DNA of 64,000 nucleotides from Escherichia phage ECCR664, in the sequence record OL631257.1, one strand, 5' to 3'. This document shows, piece by piece, positions 37,127 through 50,723 of this stretch (positions are counted from its first letter, which is position 1; each line of letters starts with the position of its first letter). The translations under genes and the position numbers were made by a program. Below the pieces are notes generated by a model. That model made no database searches, was not told where the DNA came from, and saw nothing but the letters and a program-made list of their open reading frames with translations.

Positions 37127-38857
37127 TGGAAATGATTAGCAGTAGCCTTAATTGGTTCGTGGGTGTTGTCGAGGACAGAATGGACCCATTAAAACAAGGA
37201 CGAGTTCGAGTTCGAGTCGTTGGTCTTCATCCGGCACAGAGAGCACAAGGTGATGTACAAGGTATTCCTACAGAAAAACTTCCATGGATGACTGTTATTC
37301 AACCTATTACGTCTGCGTCAATGTCAGGTATTGGTGGTTCTGTTACAGGTCCTGTTGAAGGAACTCGAGTATATGGTCATTTCTTAGACAAATGGAAAAC
37401 AAACGGGATTGTACTTGGTACATACGGCGGGATTGTACGTGAAAAGCCTAATAGACTTGAAGGTTTTTCTGACCCTACAGGTCAATATCCACGACGTTTA
37501 GGTAATGATACGAACGTATTAAACCAAGGTGGTGAAGCTGGTTATTATTCAAACTCTAACGTAATTCAAGATAACAACTTGGATTATGGTATAAACCCAG
37601 ATGATACAGATTTAGCAAATATTCCAGAAGATGACGACCCTAATTTTACAATAACAGAAATGTTACGTCGTGACGAAGGTCTTCGTGATAAAGTGTATTG
37701 GGACCATCTCGGGTATCCTACAGTAGGTATTGGACACCTTATCATAATGGAAAAGACCCGAGATATGTCTCGAATTAATAAATTGTTATCCGATCAAGTA
37801 GGGCGTGAAGTAACAGGAAATCCAGGGACTATTACATTAGAAGAAGCAACAGCGTTATTTGAGAAAGACCTTGCTAAGATGCAGAAAGACATTCGTTCTA
37901 ATTCTAAAGTAGGTCCTGTTTATGCTAAAATGAACAGGTCTCGCCAAATGGCATTAGAAAACATGTGTTTCCAAATGGGCGTTGGTGGTGTAGCAAAATT
38001 CAATACTATGCTTAAAGCAATGGCCACAGGTGATTGGAAAACAGCATACAAATCTGGGCGTGATTCATTATGGTTCCAACAGACTAAAGGTCGTGCTTCA
38101 CGCGTAACAACAATTATTTTAACTGGTAACATGGAATCGTACGGTGTTCCTGTTAAAACACCACCTTCACCAGGAGTCGGTGCCGATTTAGTTACTAGAA
38201 ATACCGATTCAGAAGACCCGGCCGGTCCTCCTGTTCCATTAGATTCACGTATCCTTTTAAAGAACCGGAATCAAGTTATCGCGGTGAGTATCCATACGTT
38301 CATGCTATGGAAACAGAAAGTGGTCATATCCAAGAATTTGACGATACTCCAGGTAATGAACGTTATCGATTAGTTCATCCAACAGGGACATATGAGGAAG
38401 TTTCTCCGTCTGGGCGTCGTACTCGTAAAACTGTAGAAGACCTTTTGACATCACTAATGGTGATGGGAACTTCTTGATTTCTGGCGATAAGCTTGTTAAC
38501 GTTGGTGCTAATGAAATATATTATAACATGGCAGACCGCCTCCATCAAATAGACGGCAATGACACAATCTTTATTCGTGGTAACCAAACTAAAACTGTTG
38601 AAGGCGATGGAACTCTTTACGTTAAGGGTAATATCAAAATAGTTGTTGACGGAAATGCAGATATTCTTGTTAAAGGTGATGCTAAAACTCAAGTCGAAGG
38701 GAATCATGATTACACCGTCAACGGAAACGTTAAATGGACTGTTAATGGTAATGTTGATATGACTGTTGCCGGGGATTGGGCAGAAACAATGTCTACAATG
38801 AGCTCAGTAGCTTCAGGGCAATACACTGTTGACGGATCTCGTATTGATATTGGGTAA
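37126..38857 (+). CDS. 5: baseplate hub subunit and tail lysozyme gp5 (cell-puncturing device), frameshifted (about 2 indels)
   Basis: N-terminal OB domain, lysozyme domain 'LRRDEGLRDKVYWDHLGYPTVGIGHL', C-terminal beta-helix repeats 'VKGNIKIVVDGN..' in ORF 38474..38857. Confidence 0.95.
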
Positions 38858-38860
38858 TAT

Positions 38861-39315
38861 ATGGCACAAATACTTCCTTTAAATACCGACTTAGGAGAAG
38901 ACATGGAAGGGGCGTCTATTGACGTCCTTTTACTCCGCAGTTAGAAACAACCGAAACTTTAGTGTCAATAAATATAACAGATTATGAACCGACACAAGGC
39001 ATTACGGTAGATGGTAATCGTTTATATGGAACATATGAAAGTGTGTTTAGCTTTTCTTCGGACGCATTGAAATACCGATTAAATGATGATTTTGAAACCG
39101 CATCTTCATGGGATGATTTACCAAAAGATGAGTCCACACAGTTATATTTGTGGAGAGCTCCTCAGAATCTTCGTAAAGTGTTTAGTTATACGGTTGAAAT
39201 GATTTATAACTACCAAGAAGAAAGTTCATCAGGCGGCACAGGAAGTGACTCTGGTACAGAACCTCCACCGGCTCCAGTACAAAAACTCTTACTAAGGTTT
39301 ATACAAAAACTATAG
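38861..39315 (+). CDS. 5.1: gp5.1-like hypothetical protein, frameshifted
   Basis: ATG at 38861 then a frame change into ORF 38962..39315. Confidence 0.55.
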
Positions 39316-39376
39316 TAGGAAATTGGAGCAAATGGGCACAACAATTACGAAACTATGTTTATATGAGGCCATAAAA

Positions 39377-39669
39377 ATGTCTGGCTTAAGTTACGACAAG
39401 TGCGTTACAACAGGTCATGAAGCATGGCCTCCTACTGTAATAAATGCGTCCCAATCTAAAGTGTTCACCGGCGGTATTCCTGTTCTTGTAGCAGGAGACC
39501 AAATAACACCTCATACAGAAATTAAAAAACCATACGAGACTCATGGAGGTGTTACTGAACCTCGTACATCTAAAGTATACGTCACCGGTAAAAGGCCGTT
39601 CAAATGGCTGACCCAATTTCATGCGGGGATACTGTTTCTCAGGCCTCGTCAAAAGTCTTTATAAAATAG
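39377..39669 (+). CDS. 5.4: PAAR-repeat spike tip protein gp5.4, frameshifted at an A-run 39590-39593
   Basis: '[72 protein letters not shown]' matches T4 gp5.4; C-terminus is restored in the +1 frame. Confidence 0.85.
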
Positions 39670-39677
39670 GAATTAAA

Positions 39678-41651
39678 ATGGCAAACACTCCTGTAAATTA
39701 TCAATTAACCCGAACAGCGAATGCTATTCCCGAGATTTTTATCGGGGGCACATTTGCCGAAATCAAACAAAACATTATCGAATGGCTCCACGGGCAGAAT
39801 GAATTTCTTGATTATGATTTTGAAGGTTCACGCTTAAACGTATTGTGCGACCTTTTAGCATATAACACTCTTTACATCCAACAGTTCAGTAATAGTGCAG
39901 TGTATGAAAGTTTTATGCGTACTGCAAACTTGCGTAGTTCTGTTGTACAAGCGGCTCAAGATAACGGATATCTGCCTTCATCTAAATCAGCAGCACAAAC
40001 AGAAATTATGCTCACATGTACGGATGCGTTAAATAGAAACTATATCACCATTCCACGTGGCACTCGTTTCTTAGCATATGCTAAAGATACTTCTGTTAAC
40101 CCATATAACTTTGTTTCTACTGAAGATGTCATTGTAGTTAAAGACAAAAATAACCAATATTTCCCACGTCTTAGATTAGCTCAGGGACGTATTGTTCGTA
40201 CTGAATTAACATTTGATAAATTAAAACCTATCATTATTCGTGATAAGAACATTGACCGTAATTTAGTTAAGTTGTACGTTGATGGAGCAGAATGGATTAA
40301 CTGGACTCGTAAGTCGATGGTTCACGCTGGTTCTACGTCAACAATCTATTATATGCGTGAAACAGTTGATGGGAACACCGAATTTTATTTTGGTGAAGGC
40401 GAAATCTCTATTAACACATCAGAAGGCGCGTTAACATCCAACTATATTGGTGGCCTTAAACCTGTTCAGGGTTCTAAAATCGTAATTGAGTATATTTCTA
40501 CTAATGGCGCAGATGCTAACGGTGCTGTAGGATTTTCTTATGCAGATACATTAGCTAATATCACGGTAATCGATATTAACGAGAACCCTAGCAATAACCC
40601 AGACTTTGTCGGGGCCGACGGTGGTGGTGACCCTGAAGATATTGAACGTATCCGCGAATTAGGCACAATTAAACGCGAAACTCAACAACGTTGTGTAACC
40701 GCTTCCGACTATGACACATTCGTCTCTGAGCGGTTTGGTTCTATTATTCAAGCTGTTCAAACATTCACAGATTCATCTAAACCAGGGTACGCATATATTG
40801 CTGCTAAGCCTAAATCTGGATTGTATTTGACTTCTGTCCAACGTGATGATATCAAAAATTATTTGAATGATTATAACTTAGGGACTATTACACCTGTTGT
40901 TATTTCGCCTGATTATTTGTTTATCAAAATGAATATCAAAGTTACATACGCGTTGAATAAACTCCAAGAATCAGAACAATATCTTGAAGGGCAAATTATT
41001 AATAAAATTGACCGATATTATATTGAAGATGTAGAAATTTTTAACTCATCGTTTGCAAAATCTAAAATGCTAACTTATGTCGATGATGCAGATATTTCTA
41101 TTATTGGTTCTTCAGCTACTATTCAAATGGTTCGCGAAGTACAGAACTTTTATAAAACGCCTGAGGCCGGTATTAAATACAATAATCAGATTAAAGATAG
41201 ATCGATGGAATCTAATATATTCTCGTTTGATTCGCACAGACCTAATCCAGAAAATGCAAACGAAACTATTAAATACGGTGTTCGCATAGTATCTTCTGAC
41301 CGTAATGACCGTGGCATAGGTCAAGTTATTATCGGTCCATTTGCCGACGGTGATGTTGTTGAAAACGAAAATATACAACCTTATACAGGTAATGATTTTA
41401 ATAAACTTGCTGTTACTGACGGACGAAACAAATACTATTCAATTGGTGAAGTGAATTATCCTGCCGATTCGATTTATTGGAACATTGCTAAAATTGACCT
41501 CACTTCAGACCGTTTTGAAGTTCAAACAATTGAACTTTATTCCGACCCTGCAGATGATATTATTTTTACAAAGGATGGTTCTTTAATCGTATTCGAAAAT
41601 GACTTACGTCCTCAGTACTTAACTATAGATTTGGAGCCTATTTCACAATGA
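39678..41651 (+). CDS. 6: baseplate wedge subunit gp6
   Basis: 'MANTPVNYQLTRTANAIPEIFIGG...' about 657 aa; T4 gp6 is about 660 aa. Confidence 0.9.
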   Translation: MANTPVNYQLTRTANAIPEIFIGGTFAEIKQNIIEWLHGQNEFLDYDFEGSRLNVLCDLLAYNTLYIQQFSNSAVYESFMRTANLRSSVVQAAQDNGYLPSSKSAAQTEIMLTCTDALNRNYITIPRGTRFLAYAKDTSVNPYNFVSTEDVIVVKDKNNQYFPRLRLAQGRIVRTELTFDKLKPIIIRDKNIDRNLVKLYVDGAEWINWTRKSMVHAGSTSTIYYMRETVDGNTEFYFGEGEISINTSEGALTSNYIGGLKPVQGSKIVIEYISTNGADANGAVGFSYADTLANITVIDINENPSNNPDFVGADGGGDPEDIERIRELGTIKRETQQRCVTASDYDTFVSERFGSIIQAVQTFTDSSKPGYAYIAAKPKSGLYLTSVQRDDIKNYLNDYNLGTITPVVISPDYLFIKMNIKVTYALNKLQESEQYLEGQIINKIDRYYIEDVEIFNSSFAKSKMLTYVDDADISIIGSSATIQMVREVQNFYKTPEAGIKYNNQIKDRSMESNIFSFDSHRPNPENANETIKYGVRIVSSDRNDRGIGQVIIGPFADGDVVENENIQPYTGNDFNKLAVTDGRNKYYSIGEVNYPADSIYWNIAKIDLTSDRFEVQTIELYSDPADDIIFTKDGSLIVFENDLRPQYLTIDLEPISQ

Positions 41652-44600
41652 CAGTAAAAGCGCCAGCAGTCACAAGTCTCAGAATATCCAAGTTGTCCGC
41701 TAACCAAGTTCAAATACGCTGGGATGACGTTGGTGCTAATTTCTACTATTTCGTAGAAATCGCTGAGACTAAAACGGCAGACGGGGAAATAATTCCTCCT
41801 GCCAGCTACAGATGGATAAATTTAGGATATACTCCTAATAGCAACTGGTTCGAAAGTAGCTTAGACCCATTAACTTCTTATATTATTCGTGTATCAACTG
41901 CCGCTGAAGGCTTCGAGAGATCTGATTGGGTATACACCGAAATATTTGAATCATTTCAGACTAACGCGTATACATTTCAACATATGATTGAAATGCAATT
42001 GGCTAACACTTTTATTAGAGAAAAATTTACAAATAACAACATGGCTTATGTCGATTTTAATAACGACACTATAATGGCAGCTCTAATGAATGAATCGTTC
42101 CAATTTAGCCCTGCTTATGCGGATATTTCATCTATTAAAAATTTCATTATTGGCGAAAATGAGTATCATGAAATTCAAGGTTCGATTCAACAGGTGTGTC
42201 ATGATATAAACCGTGTTTATTTGATGGAATCTGAAGGAATTCTTTATTTGTTTGAACGGTATCAGCCTGTGGTTAAAGTCTCTAATGATAAGGGACAAAC
42301 CTGGAAATCGGTTAAATTGTTTAATGACCGTGTAGGGTACCCTGTATCAAGAACAGTGTATTACCAGACAGGTTATACCACGTATGTTCTTGGGTATGAT
42401 AAATTATTTTACGGCCGTAAATCAACTGACGTTCGTTGGTCTGCTGATGATGTGAGATTTAGTTCTCAAGATATAACATTTGCTAAAATTGGTGACCAGT
42501 TAAATTTAGGATTTGATGTAGAAATATTTGGTAACTACGCATCATTACCTGCTAACGTATCACGTATTGCAGAAGCTATCGTTTGCAACGACGATTATGT
42601 ATACGTTGCTGCTCGAGATAAAGTTCGTTTTATTAAAACTAGTAATGCCCCTATTGATTCAGACCCGTTATCTCCGACATATTCCGAACGTTTGTTTGAA
42701 CAAGAAACATTTAACATCACAGGTAACCCTAAGGCAGTTTGCTATAAAATGGATTCTGTTGGCGGTAAAATATTTGCACTGATTATCGGCGAAGTTGTTA
42801 ATCTTAATGACGACCCGAGGACCACTCCTATTGTTGATTCTGCTGATAAGGGCGTTTACGTTCTAGACCATGATGCTGGCACATTTAAACGTGTGTTTGG
42901 TAATACTGAAGAAGAACGCCGTCGTATTGAACCTGGGTACACCAGTATGTCTACTGATGGTGTTGAGTTATCTATTTCATCTAGTAATTTTAAATTTCTA
43001 GAATCGGATATTGTTGATGACCCAAAAACACAAATCAAGTACGGTTTAATCGGTGCTGTTAAATATGAGTATCCTCGCGAATGGTTGGCTGATAAACATT
43101 ATCATATGATGGCATTTATTTCAACTGAAGACTCTCAATGGGAATCGTTCACTCCTCAACCGATGGAATACTATGCTGAGCCATTCTTTAGTTATTCTAG
43201 AAAGTCTGGTACTCGTTGTTGGATTAATAACTCAGACAAGGCCGTTGTAATTTATTCTGATTTACTTTACACTAAGGTTATTGAGAATCATCCACTTAGT
43301 TCTTCAGACCGTGAAGTTCATGAATATTGGAAGGACGGTGACTGTACAATAGTGATGCCTAACGTAGATTTCACCGGATTTAAAAATATGCATCCGGCAT
43401 GATTTTCTATAAATCATCAGGTGAGATTATTTCTTATTATGATTTTAGTTATCGTGTTAGAGATAATGTTTCTATAATTTGGAAGCCTACTAATATATTC
43501 TTAACAGCATCGTTACAAAACCAAGAAAAAGATACCACATGGACTCCTGTAGAAGAGAACGGCATTGCGGACCCAGATTTACGACCATTGCTCACTACAA
43601 TGATGCCGGAGTCTTATCTTTTAGATAATACAAACTTCGAAGCATTCTGCGAGGCTTATATTCAGTATCTTTCTGACGGTTATGGGACCCATTATAACAA
43701 CCTTTTGAATCTTATTAAAAATCAATATCCGCGAGAAGAACATGCGTGGGAATATTTATGGTCTGAGATTTATAAACGAAACATTTACTTAAACGCCGAA
43801 AAACGCGATTTAGTGTCTCGTTTCTTTGAATCAAGAAGTTATGACTTCTATTCAACTAAAGGAACTGAAGCGTCATATAAATTCTTGTTTAAAGTGCTTT
43901 ATAACGAAGATGTTGAAATTGAAATTGAATCTAGTTCCGGGACCGAATATGATATCATCATTGAATCTGATTCGTTGACAGAAGATTTGGTCGGACAAAC
44001 CATATACACCGCTACAGGACGTTGTAATGTGACGTATATCGAGAGAAGTTACTCTAAAGGTAAATTACAATGGACTGTAACAATTCACAACCTCTTAGGT
44101 CGTTTAATCCAAGGACAGGAAGTTAAAGCTGAAAGACTCCCGGGTTTTGAAGGTGAAATTGTTCGTGGTATTAAAGGTAAAGAGCTTTCTCAGAACAACA
44201 TCGATTACATAAATCGTGGTAGAGCATACTACGTAATGAAGATTAAATCTAAACTTCCATCATCTCGTTGGAAATCAGACGTATTACGTTTTGTTCATCC
44301 GGTTGGATTTGGATTTATCGCAATTACCCTTCTCACAATGTTTATTAACACCGGATTAACACTTAAACATGTTGAAACCATTATTAATAAATACAAAAAC
44401 TATAAGTGGGATTCTGGATTACCGACTAAATATGCAGACCGAGTGGCTAAATTAGACCCACAAGGAAATGTTGAGTTTGACCCTATTACAGGTAAAGCGA
44501 TATATGAAATAGGCCCTATGGCTGGTCAAGATTATCCATTGCCTGAAGATTATAACGCTGAAAACAATAACTCCATATTTCAAGGTCAACTTCCATCGGA

Positions 44601-44745
44601 ACGACGTAAACTGATGAGCCCATTATTTGATGCGTCCGGAACAACATTCTCTAGATTTAGAGATTTGGTTGAACAACGGTTAATCGATAATGTAGGAAAT
44701 CCAAGAGACCCCGTGAATCCACCACAGGTTAAATTAGATGAATGA
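41648..44745 (+). CDS. 7: baseplate wedge initiator gp7, frameshifted near 43390-43405
   Basis: ORFs of 584 and 448 aa sum to 1032 aa, the T4 gp7 length. Confidence 0.9.
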
Positions 44746-45742
44746 TTCAAGTGTTATCTATCGTGCAATAGTTACATCAAAATTTAGAACAGAGAAAATG
44801 CTGAATTTTTATAATTCAGTTGGGGATGGAGATGATAAGAACTCCATTTATATTACGTTTGGACGTTCAGAGCCTTGGGCGTCAAATGAAAATGAGGTGG
44901 GCTTCGCCCCACCTTATCCTACAGATTCTGTTCTTGGTGTTACTGATATGTGGACCCATATGATGGGTACCGTTAAAGTTTTACCTTCAATGTTAGATTC
45001 TGTTATTCCTAGACGTGATTGGGGAGATGTGCGATATCCAGACCCTTACACGTTTAGAATTAACGATATAGTCGCATGTAATACTGCTCCGTACAACGCG
45101 ACAGAAGTTGGAGCCGGTTGGTTAATTTACCGTTGTTTAGATGTCCCTGACGTAGGGCTCTGTTCAATAGAATCTTTAGATAATAAAGATGAATGTCTTA
45201 AATTGGGTGGTAAATGGACCCCGTCTGTTCGTTCTATGTCTCCTCCTGAAGGTAGAGGCGATGCTAATGGGGTTATCGAAACCGGTGATGGATACATTTG
45301 GGAATATCTTTATGAGATTCCTGCCGATGTGTCAATTAACCGTTGCACTAATGAATATCTTGTAGTTCCATGGCCGGAAGAAATTAAAGAAGACCCCACC
45401 CGTTGGGGATATGAAAATAACTTAACTTGGCAACAAGATGACTACGGTTTGATTTACCGTGTTAAAGCCAATACGATGCGGTTTAAAGCATATTTTGATT
45501 CTGTTTATTTCCCTGAGGCAGCTTTGCCTGGTAACAAGGGTTTTAGACAGATATCAATTATCGCAAACCCATTAGAAGCTAAGAAAAATCCAAATGACCC
45601 TAATGTTAAAGCAGAAAAGGATTATTACGACCCTAGAGACCTGCAACGTCATTCAGGTGAAATGATTTATATGGAAAACCGACCACCTGTTATTATGGCA
45701 ATGGACCAAACAGAAGAAATTAACATTTTGTTTATGTTTTAA
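44738..45742 (+). CDS. 8: baseplate wedge subunit gp8
   Basis: 334 aa, same as T4 gp8. Confidence 0.9.
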   Translation: MNDSSVIYRAIVTSKFRTEKMLNFYNSVGDGDDKNSIYITFGRSEPWASNENEVGFAPPYPTDSVLGVTDMWTHMMGTVKVLPSMLDSVIPRRDWGDVRYPDPYTFRINDIVACNTAPYNATEVGAGWLIYRCLDVPDVGLCSIESLDNKDECLKLGGKWTPSVRSMSPPEGRGDANGVIETGDGYIWEYLYEIPADVSINRCTNEYLVVPWPEEIKEDPTRWGYENNLTWQQDDYGLIYRVKANTMRFKAYFDSVYFPEAALPGNKGFRQISIIANPLEAKKNPNDPNVKAEKDYYDPRDLQRHSGEMIYMENRPPVIMAMDQTEEINILFMF

Positions 45743-45760
45743 TTAGGGAGCCTTCGGGCT
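45736..45760 (+). terminator. rho-independent terminator after gene 8
   Basis: 'gggagcc ttcg ggctccc' followed by 'atttttg'. Confidence 0.6.
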
Positions 45761-45764
45761 CCCA

Positions 45765-45772
45765 TTTTTGTA
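45765..45772 (+). promoter_or_regulatory. T4 late promoter (TATAAATA) for gene 9
   Basis: Exact TATAAATA 43 nt upstream of the gp9 ATG. Confidence 0.6.
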
Positions 45773-45814
45773 TCTATAAATAGAATATAATATCGGACAA
45801 CAAAAGGCAGAATT

Positions 45815-46684
45815 ATGGCATTTTTAAGCAAACTCCTAAACAATTAATCGATACCGGCGAAATTGGTAATGCCTCAACAGGTGATATCTTATTCGACGGT
45901 GGTAATAAAATAAATGACGATATCAACGCTATTTACAATGCATTTGGCGATCAACGTAAAATGGCCGTAGCAGATGGAACCGGACCTACAGGTCAAACTA
46001 TTCATGCCACAGGTTATTATCAAAAGGAAAGGCGGCCGATTATCAAACTCCTATTAAACCAGGCACTATGCATGATATTGATGCTTCTGATGGTGGTGTG
46101 ATTGTTATTATTGACCGTCCTGAATTAGGTGACTCTGTAGAATTCATAAATTCTAATGGGTCTATTTCTGTTAACAATCCTTTAAGTATCCAAGTAACCG
46201 ATGGTTCGATTAAAGGTGTTCTTAATAATCTTGTTATTTCCACCCCTTATACCCATGTTGTTCTTCGTTGTGTTGAACTTAATGGGCCAACTTCAGTATG
46301 GAATTATTCTACTGATAGCATGTTTGGGCAGAAAGAATCTCCTGTCGATGGGACTTGAGTCTTACAGGAAACACAGTTTCTATTCCTCTGTTTTATCGCA
46401 CCGATTATAATATGGCTAAATTGCTTGTTACATGCCAATCCGCAGACGGTAGAAAAATAAAAACATGCGAAATAAATATTCTAATAGATACAATTAACTC
46501 AGAAGTTCTTTCTACTGAATTTGCAGTAATGCGAGTTGGTAATGTAGATGAAACTGACGAGATTGCTAATATTAGCTTTAGTATTATTAACAACTTTGCT
46601 ACTATGACGATTACATCCGATATTATTGGATTGCGTTCAGCAGTTAAAATTATCTCAACACAGAAAATTGGGGTCGCTCAATAA
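45815..46684 (+). CDS. 9: baseplate wedge/long tail fiber socket gp9, frameshifted (at least 3 indels)
   Basis: Pieces in three frames match T4 gp9 ('KLIDTGEIGNASTGDILFDGGNKIN', 'NMAKLLVTCQSADGRKIKTCEINILIDT', '...ISTQKIGVAQ'). Confidence 0.9.
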
Positions 46685-48487
46685 TGAAACAAAATATTAA
46701 AATTGGTAACGTCGTTGATGACGGACAAGGCGATTACCTTCGTCGAGGTGGTGAAAAATAAATGAGAACTTTGACGAAATCTATTATGAATTAGGTGATG
46801 GTGAAGTTCCTTATGCCGCTGGCGCATGGAAGACTTATGATGCGGCTGATGGTCTTAATCTTAATGCTGCTTGGGGTAAATCTTATGCAATTAATACTAC
46901 TTCTGGACGAGTTTCAGTAAATCTTCCTAAAGGGACAATTGCAGACTATAATAAAGTTATTCGTGCTCGTGACGTATTTGCAACTTGGAACATTAACCCT
47001 GTTACTTTAATTCCGGCAAACGGAGACACGATTAAAGGTTCTTCATCTCCGGTAGAAATTAACGTCCAGTTCTCTGATTTAGAATTAGTTTATTGTGCTC
47101 CTGGACGTTGGGAATACATCAAGAACAAACAAATTGATAAAATAGTTAGCTCTGACATTAGTAATGTTGCTCGTAGAGAATATCTGGTTGAAACCCAAGG
47201 TCAGACCGATTTCATGGATGTTTTTAACGGGACATCTTATAACGTTAACAACATTCGCGTAAAACATCGTGGCAACGAATTGTATTATGGCGATGTATTC
47301 AGTGATAATAGTGATTTTGGTTCACCAGGCGATAATCCTGGTGAACTGGTTGCACTTGATGGATTTAATATTAGATTACGCCAACCATGTAACGTTGGGG
47401 ATACTGTACAAATTGAGACATTCCTAGATGGTGTTTCTCAGTGGCGTAGTTCATATACTCGTCGCCAAGTTCGCATTTTAGATAGTAAATTGACCGCTAA
47501 AAGTCTATTGACGGAAGTATTTACGTCACTGATTTGAGTACGTTCAGGTCTATTCCATTTACAGCATTTGGTATTAACCCTACAGAACCACCTAACCCGA
47601 ATTCATTAGAAGTTCGCTTCAATGGTATTCTCCAAGAATTAGCTGGTACTGTTGGAACTCCTATTTTCCGTTGTGAAGGTGTGGATGCTGATTCTGAAGA
47701 GTCATGCACTAATCTCGGTGGGACGTGGACTCAATCGTATACAGATTATGCGATTGAATATACTGATAATATCCCTAGCGCAATTCTATTTGACCGTCAA
47801 TTTGAAGACCAAGACATTATTACCATCACATGGTTTAATAACGATTTAGGAACTCTTCTTGAAATGGAAGAAATCCTTGATGTCGCTGATGAGAAATATG
47901 TTTCTCAAGGGTCTAACATTGAAATTACTGGTGACGTTGCATTAACTGATTTCGATAAAATTGGATGGCCTAATGTAGAACCTGTTCCTAAGTATGAACG
48001 TGAATTCTCGACTATCTCAGCAATATTTGATACAATTTATCCTGTCGGGACTATTTACGAAAATGCGGTTAACCCTAATAATCCGGCCACTTATTTAGGT
48101 TTTGGTTCGTGGAAAATTTGGGGACAAGGCAAAGTATTAGCCGGTTGGAATGATGACGCATCGGATCCTAATTTTGCATTAAATAATAATGACCTTGACA
48201 TCAATGGTAACCCTACTCATACCGCAGGTGGTACCGTTGGTGTAACAACTATCACATTAGAAAATGCTGATTTACCAGCTACACAAACCGATGAAAAGGT
48301 TCTTATTTCTGATGATAATGGTACAGTAATTATAGGCGGTTGTCAATATGACCCAGATGCAGAAGGTCCTATTTACACTAAATATCGTGAAGACCATGCA
48401 AAGACTAATGGATCTCATGTTCCAGCACGTTCTATAACTAATATTCAGCCATCTATAACTGTATACCGTTGGGTAAGGATTGCATAA
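46684..48487 (+). CDS. 10: baseplate wedge/short tail fiber attachment gp10, frameshifted (at least 3 indels)
   Basis: '[23 protein letters not shown]' start; ORFs 47214..47537 and 47534..48487; total length fits T4 gp10 (602 aa). Confidence 0.9.
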
Positions 48488-49143
48488 TGACTGTACTTAA
48501 TACAAAGGCGGGAGTTATTTCCCGTCATGCTGATTTTGAATTACAGAAAAATCCAGCTCAAATCGATGTTTTAAACAACCAAGCTGTAGGTTCCGTGACT
48601 ATTTCTCAGTTAGCTCGCGGTTTTTATGATGCTAACGTAGAATCTGCAATAAATGATGTCCATAATATGGCACGAGCTGATATTGGTACTGTTGTCACAA
48701 ACACTTCAGGCGTATCGCCTGAAGGTGCAGCACAAGTTGATTATTGGACTTTTTCCGGTGATGTTCTCGACGATACTTTGGACACTGGAACGCCAGTCGT
48801 TATTAACGTATTTGGACTTGCCGTTAAAGCAACAATCGGTATGACTGATAACGAATTAACGGCACAAGTTCGTATAGCTTTACAAGAGGCCATTGCTAAT
48901 CAAATCGCTATTTCTTCTTATAAAGACCATCCAACTGAAGGTAATAAACTTCAGGTGACATATTTAGATAACCAACGTCATGTGTTGCCAACATATGCTT
49001 CGTTTGGTGTAACAATTTCGCAAGAAATTTTGTCTGAAGCAAAATCCGGATACGGAACATGGAATTTATTGGGTGCCCAAACGGTTACTCTTGATAACCA
49101 TGATACTCCTACCGTTTTCTACCACTTTGTGAGAGCCTCATGA
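48487..49143 (+). CDS. 11: baseplate wedge subunit gp11
   Basis: '[13 protein letters not shown]...[27 protein letters not shown]' matches T4 gp11; 218 aa. Confidence 0.9.
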   Translation: MTVLNTKAGVISRHADFELQKNPAQIDVLNNQAVGSVTISQLARGFYDANVESAINDVHNMARADIGTVVTNTSGVSPEGAAQVDYWTFSGDVLDDTLDTGTPVVINVFGLAVKATIGMTDNELTAQVRIALQEAIANQIAISSYKDHPTEGNKLQVTYLDNQRHVLPTYASFGVTISQEILSEAKSGYGTWNLLGAQTVTLDNHDTPTVFYHFVRAS

Positions 49144-50723
49144 GTAATAACAATACATACCAACACGTTTCAAACGAATCCATTTACGTTGAATTCGACC
49201 CTACGGGGACGAATTTTCCAGATACAGTCACTAATGTCCAAGCCGCATTAGCTGCTATTTCTCCTTCAGGTGTTAATGGTGTACCGGAAGCAACAACTAC
49301 TACACCAGGAATTATTCAAATAGCTACTCCACAAGAAGTTATTGATGGATTAGATAATAATAAAGCTGTTACTCCAGCATCACTGAATGCTCGTCTACAA
49401 TATCCTAATGCAACCGAAACTCAATATGGCTTAACTCGTTATGCTACTGAAGATGAAGCAGTAACCGGAACTATTGACGATGCATCAATTACTCCGCTTA
49501 AATTGAATCAAAAAATAGACAATGTATTTCAGACAAAAGTGTCAACAGAAGCAACAAATGGTGTAATTAAAATTTCAACTTCTGCTGCCGCATTAGCTGG
49601 TTCTGATGATACAACGGCAATGACTCCGTTAAAAACGCAACAATTAGCAATTAAACTTATTTCACAAATTGCTCCAAATAATAGTGACGCCACCGAATCT
49701 ATTACAGGTGTTGTTCGTTTGGCTACAGTTGCTCAAGCACAACAAGGCACCCTGCGTGAAGGCTATGCAATTTCGCCTTATACCTTTATGAATTCAGTAG
49801 CATCAGAAACTAATAAAGGCGTCGTTAAACTAGGGACACAGACTGAAGTAAATAGTAACAACTCTTCAGTTGTAGTGACCGGCGCAACATTAAACGGGCG
49901 TGGGGCTACAACTTCTTTACGTGGAGTTGTTCGTTTAACTACACAAGCGGGTAGCCAATCAGGTGGTGATGGTTCTTCTGCTCTTGCTTGGAATGCTGAT
50001 GTTATCCACCAACGAGGCGGACAAACTATTAATGGCACACTTCGCATTAATAATACGTTGACGGTTGGTTCTGGCGGCGCTAATATAACTGGTAATGTCA
50101 ATATGACAGGTGGTTATATTCAAGGCAATCGTATTGTGACTCAAAATGAATTAGACCGAATTCTTCCAGTTGGCGCTATTACAATGTGGGCTGCAGATAG
50201 TTTACCGAGTTCCGACTGGCGCTTCTGTCACGGTGGGACTGTTTCTGCTTCAGAATGTCCAGTATATGCTTCCAGAATTGGGACACGATATGGTGGTAGT
50301 TCTTCTAACCCAGGCTTGCCTGATATGCGTGGATTATTTGTTCGTGGCTCAGGTCGTGGCTCTCACTTAACAAATCCAAATGTTAATGGTAATGACCAGT
50401 TTGGTAAGCCTAGATTAGGTGTAGGTTGTACTGGTGGATATGTTGGTGAAGTACAGAAACAACAGATGTCTTATCATAAACACGCTGGCGGATTTGGTGA
50501 GCATGATGATTCTGGAGCATTCGGTAATACCCGTAGATCAAATTTTGTTGGTACACGTAAAGGACTTGACTGGGATAACCGTTCATACTTCACCAATGAC
50601 GGATATGAAATTGACCCGGCATCACAACGAAATTCCAAATATACATTAAATCGTCCTGAATTAATTGGAAATGAAACACGCCCATGGAACATTTCTTTAA
50701 ACTATATCATTAAGGTAAAATAA
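49140..50723 (+). CDS. 12: short tail fiber gp12
   Basis: 527 aa, identical in length to T4 gp12; repetitive fibrous N-terminal half. Confidence 0.9.
   Translation: MSNNNTYQHVSNESIYVEFDPTGTNFPDTVTNVQAALAAISPSGVNGVPEATTTTPGIIQIATPQEVIDGLDNNKAVTPASLNARLQYPNATETQYGLTRYATEDEAVTGTIDDASITPLKLNQKIDNVFQTKVSTEATNGVIKISTSAAALAGSDDTTAMTPLKTQQLAIKLISQIAPNNSDATESITGVVRLATVAQAQQGTLREGYAISPYTFMNSVASETNKGVVKLGTQTEVNSNNSSVVVTGATLNGRGATTSLRGVVRLTTQAGSQSGGDGSSALAWNADVIHQRGGQTINGTLRINNTLTVGSGGANITGNVNMTGGYIQGNRIVTQNELDRILPVGAITMWAADSLPSSDWRFCHGGTVSASECPVYASRIGTRYGGSSSNPGLPDMRGLFVRGSGRGSHLTNPNVNGNDQFGKPRLGVGCTGGYVGEVQKQQMSYHKHAGGFGEHDDSGAFGNTRRSNFVGTRKGLDWDNRSYFTNDGYEIDPASQRNSKYTLNRPELIGNETRPWNISLNYIIKVK

Noticed and set aside
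41648-44745. gp7 as two separate genes (584 aa and 448 aa)
   Set aside because: The sum equals the T4 gp7 length (1032 aa) and the junction is a 4-nt overlap in an A/T-rich run; interpreted as one gene with an indel.
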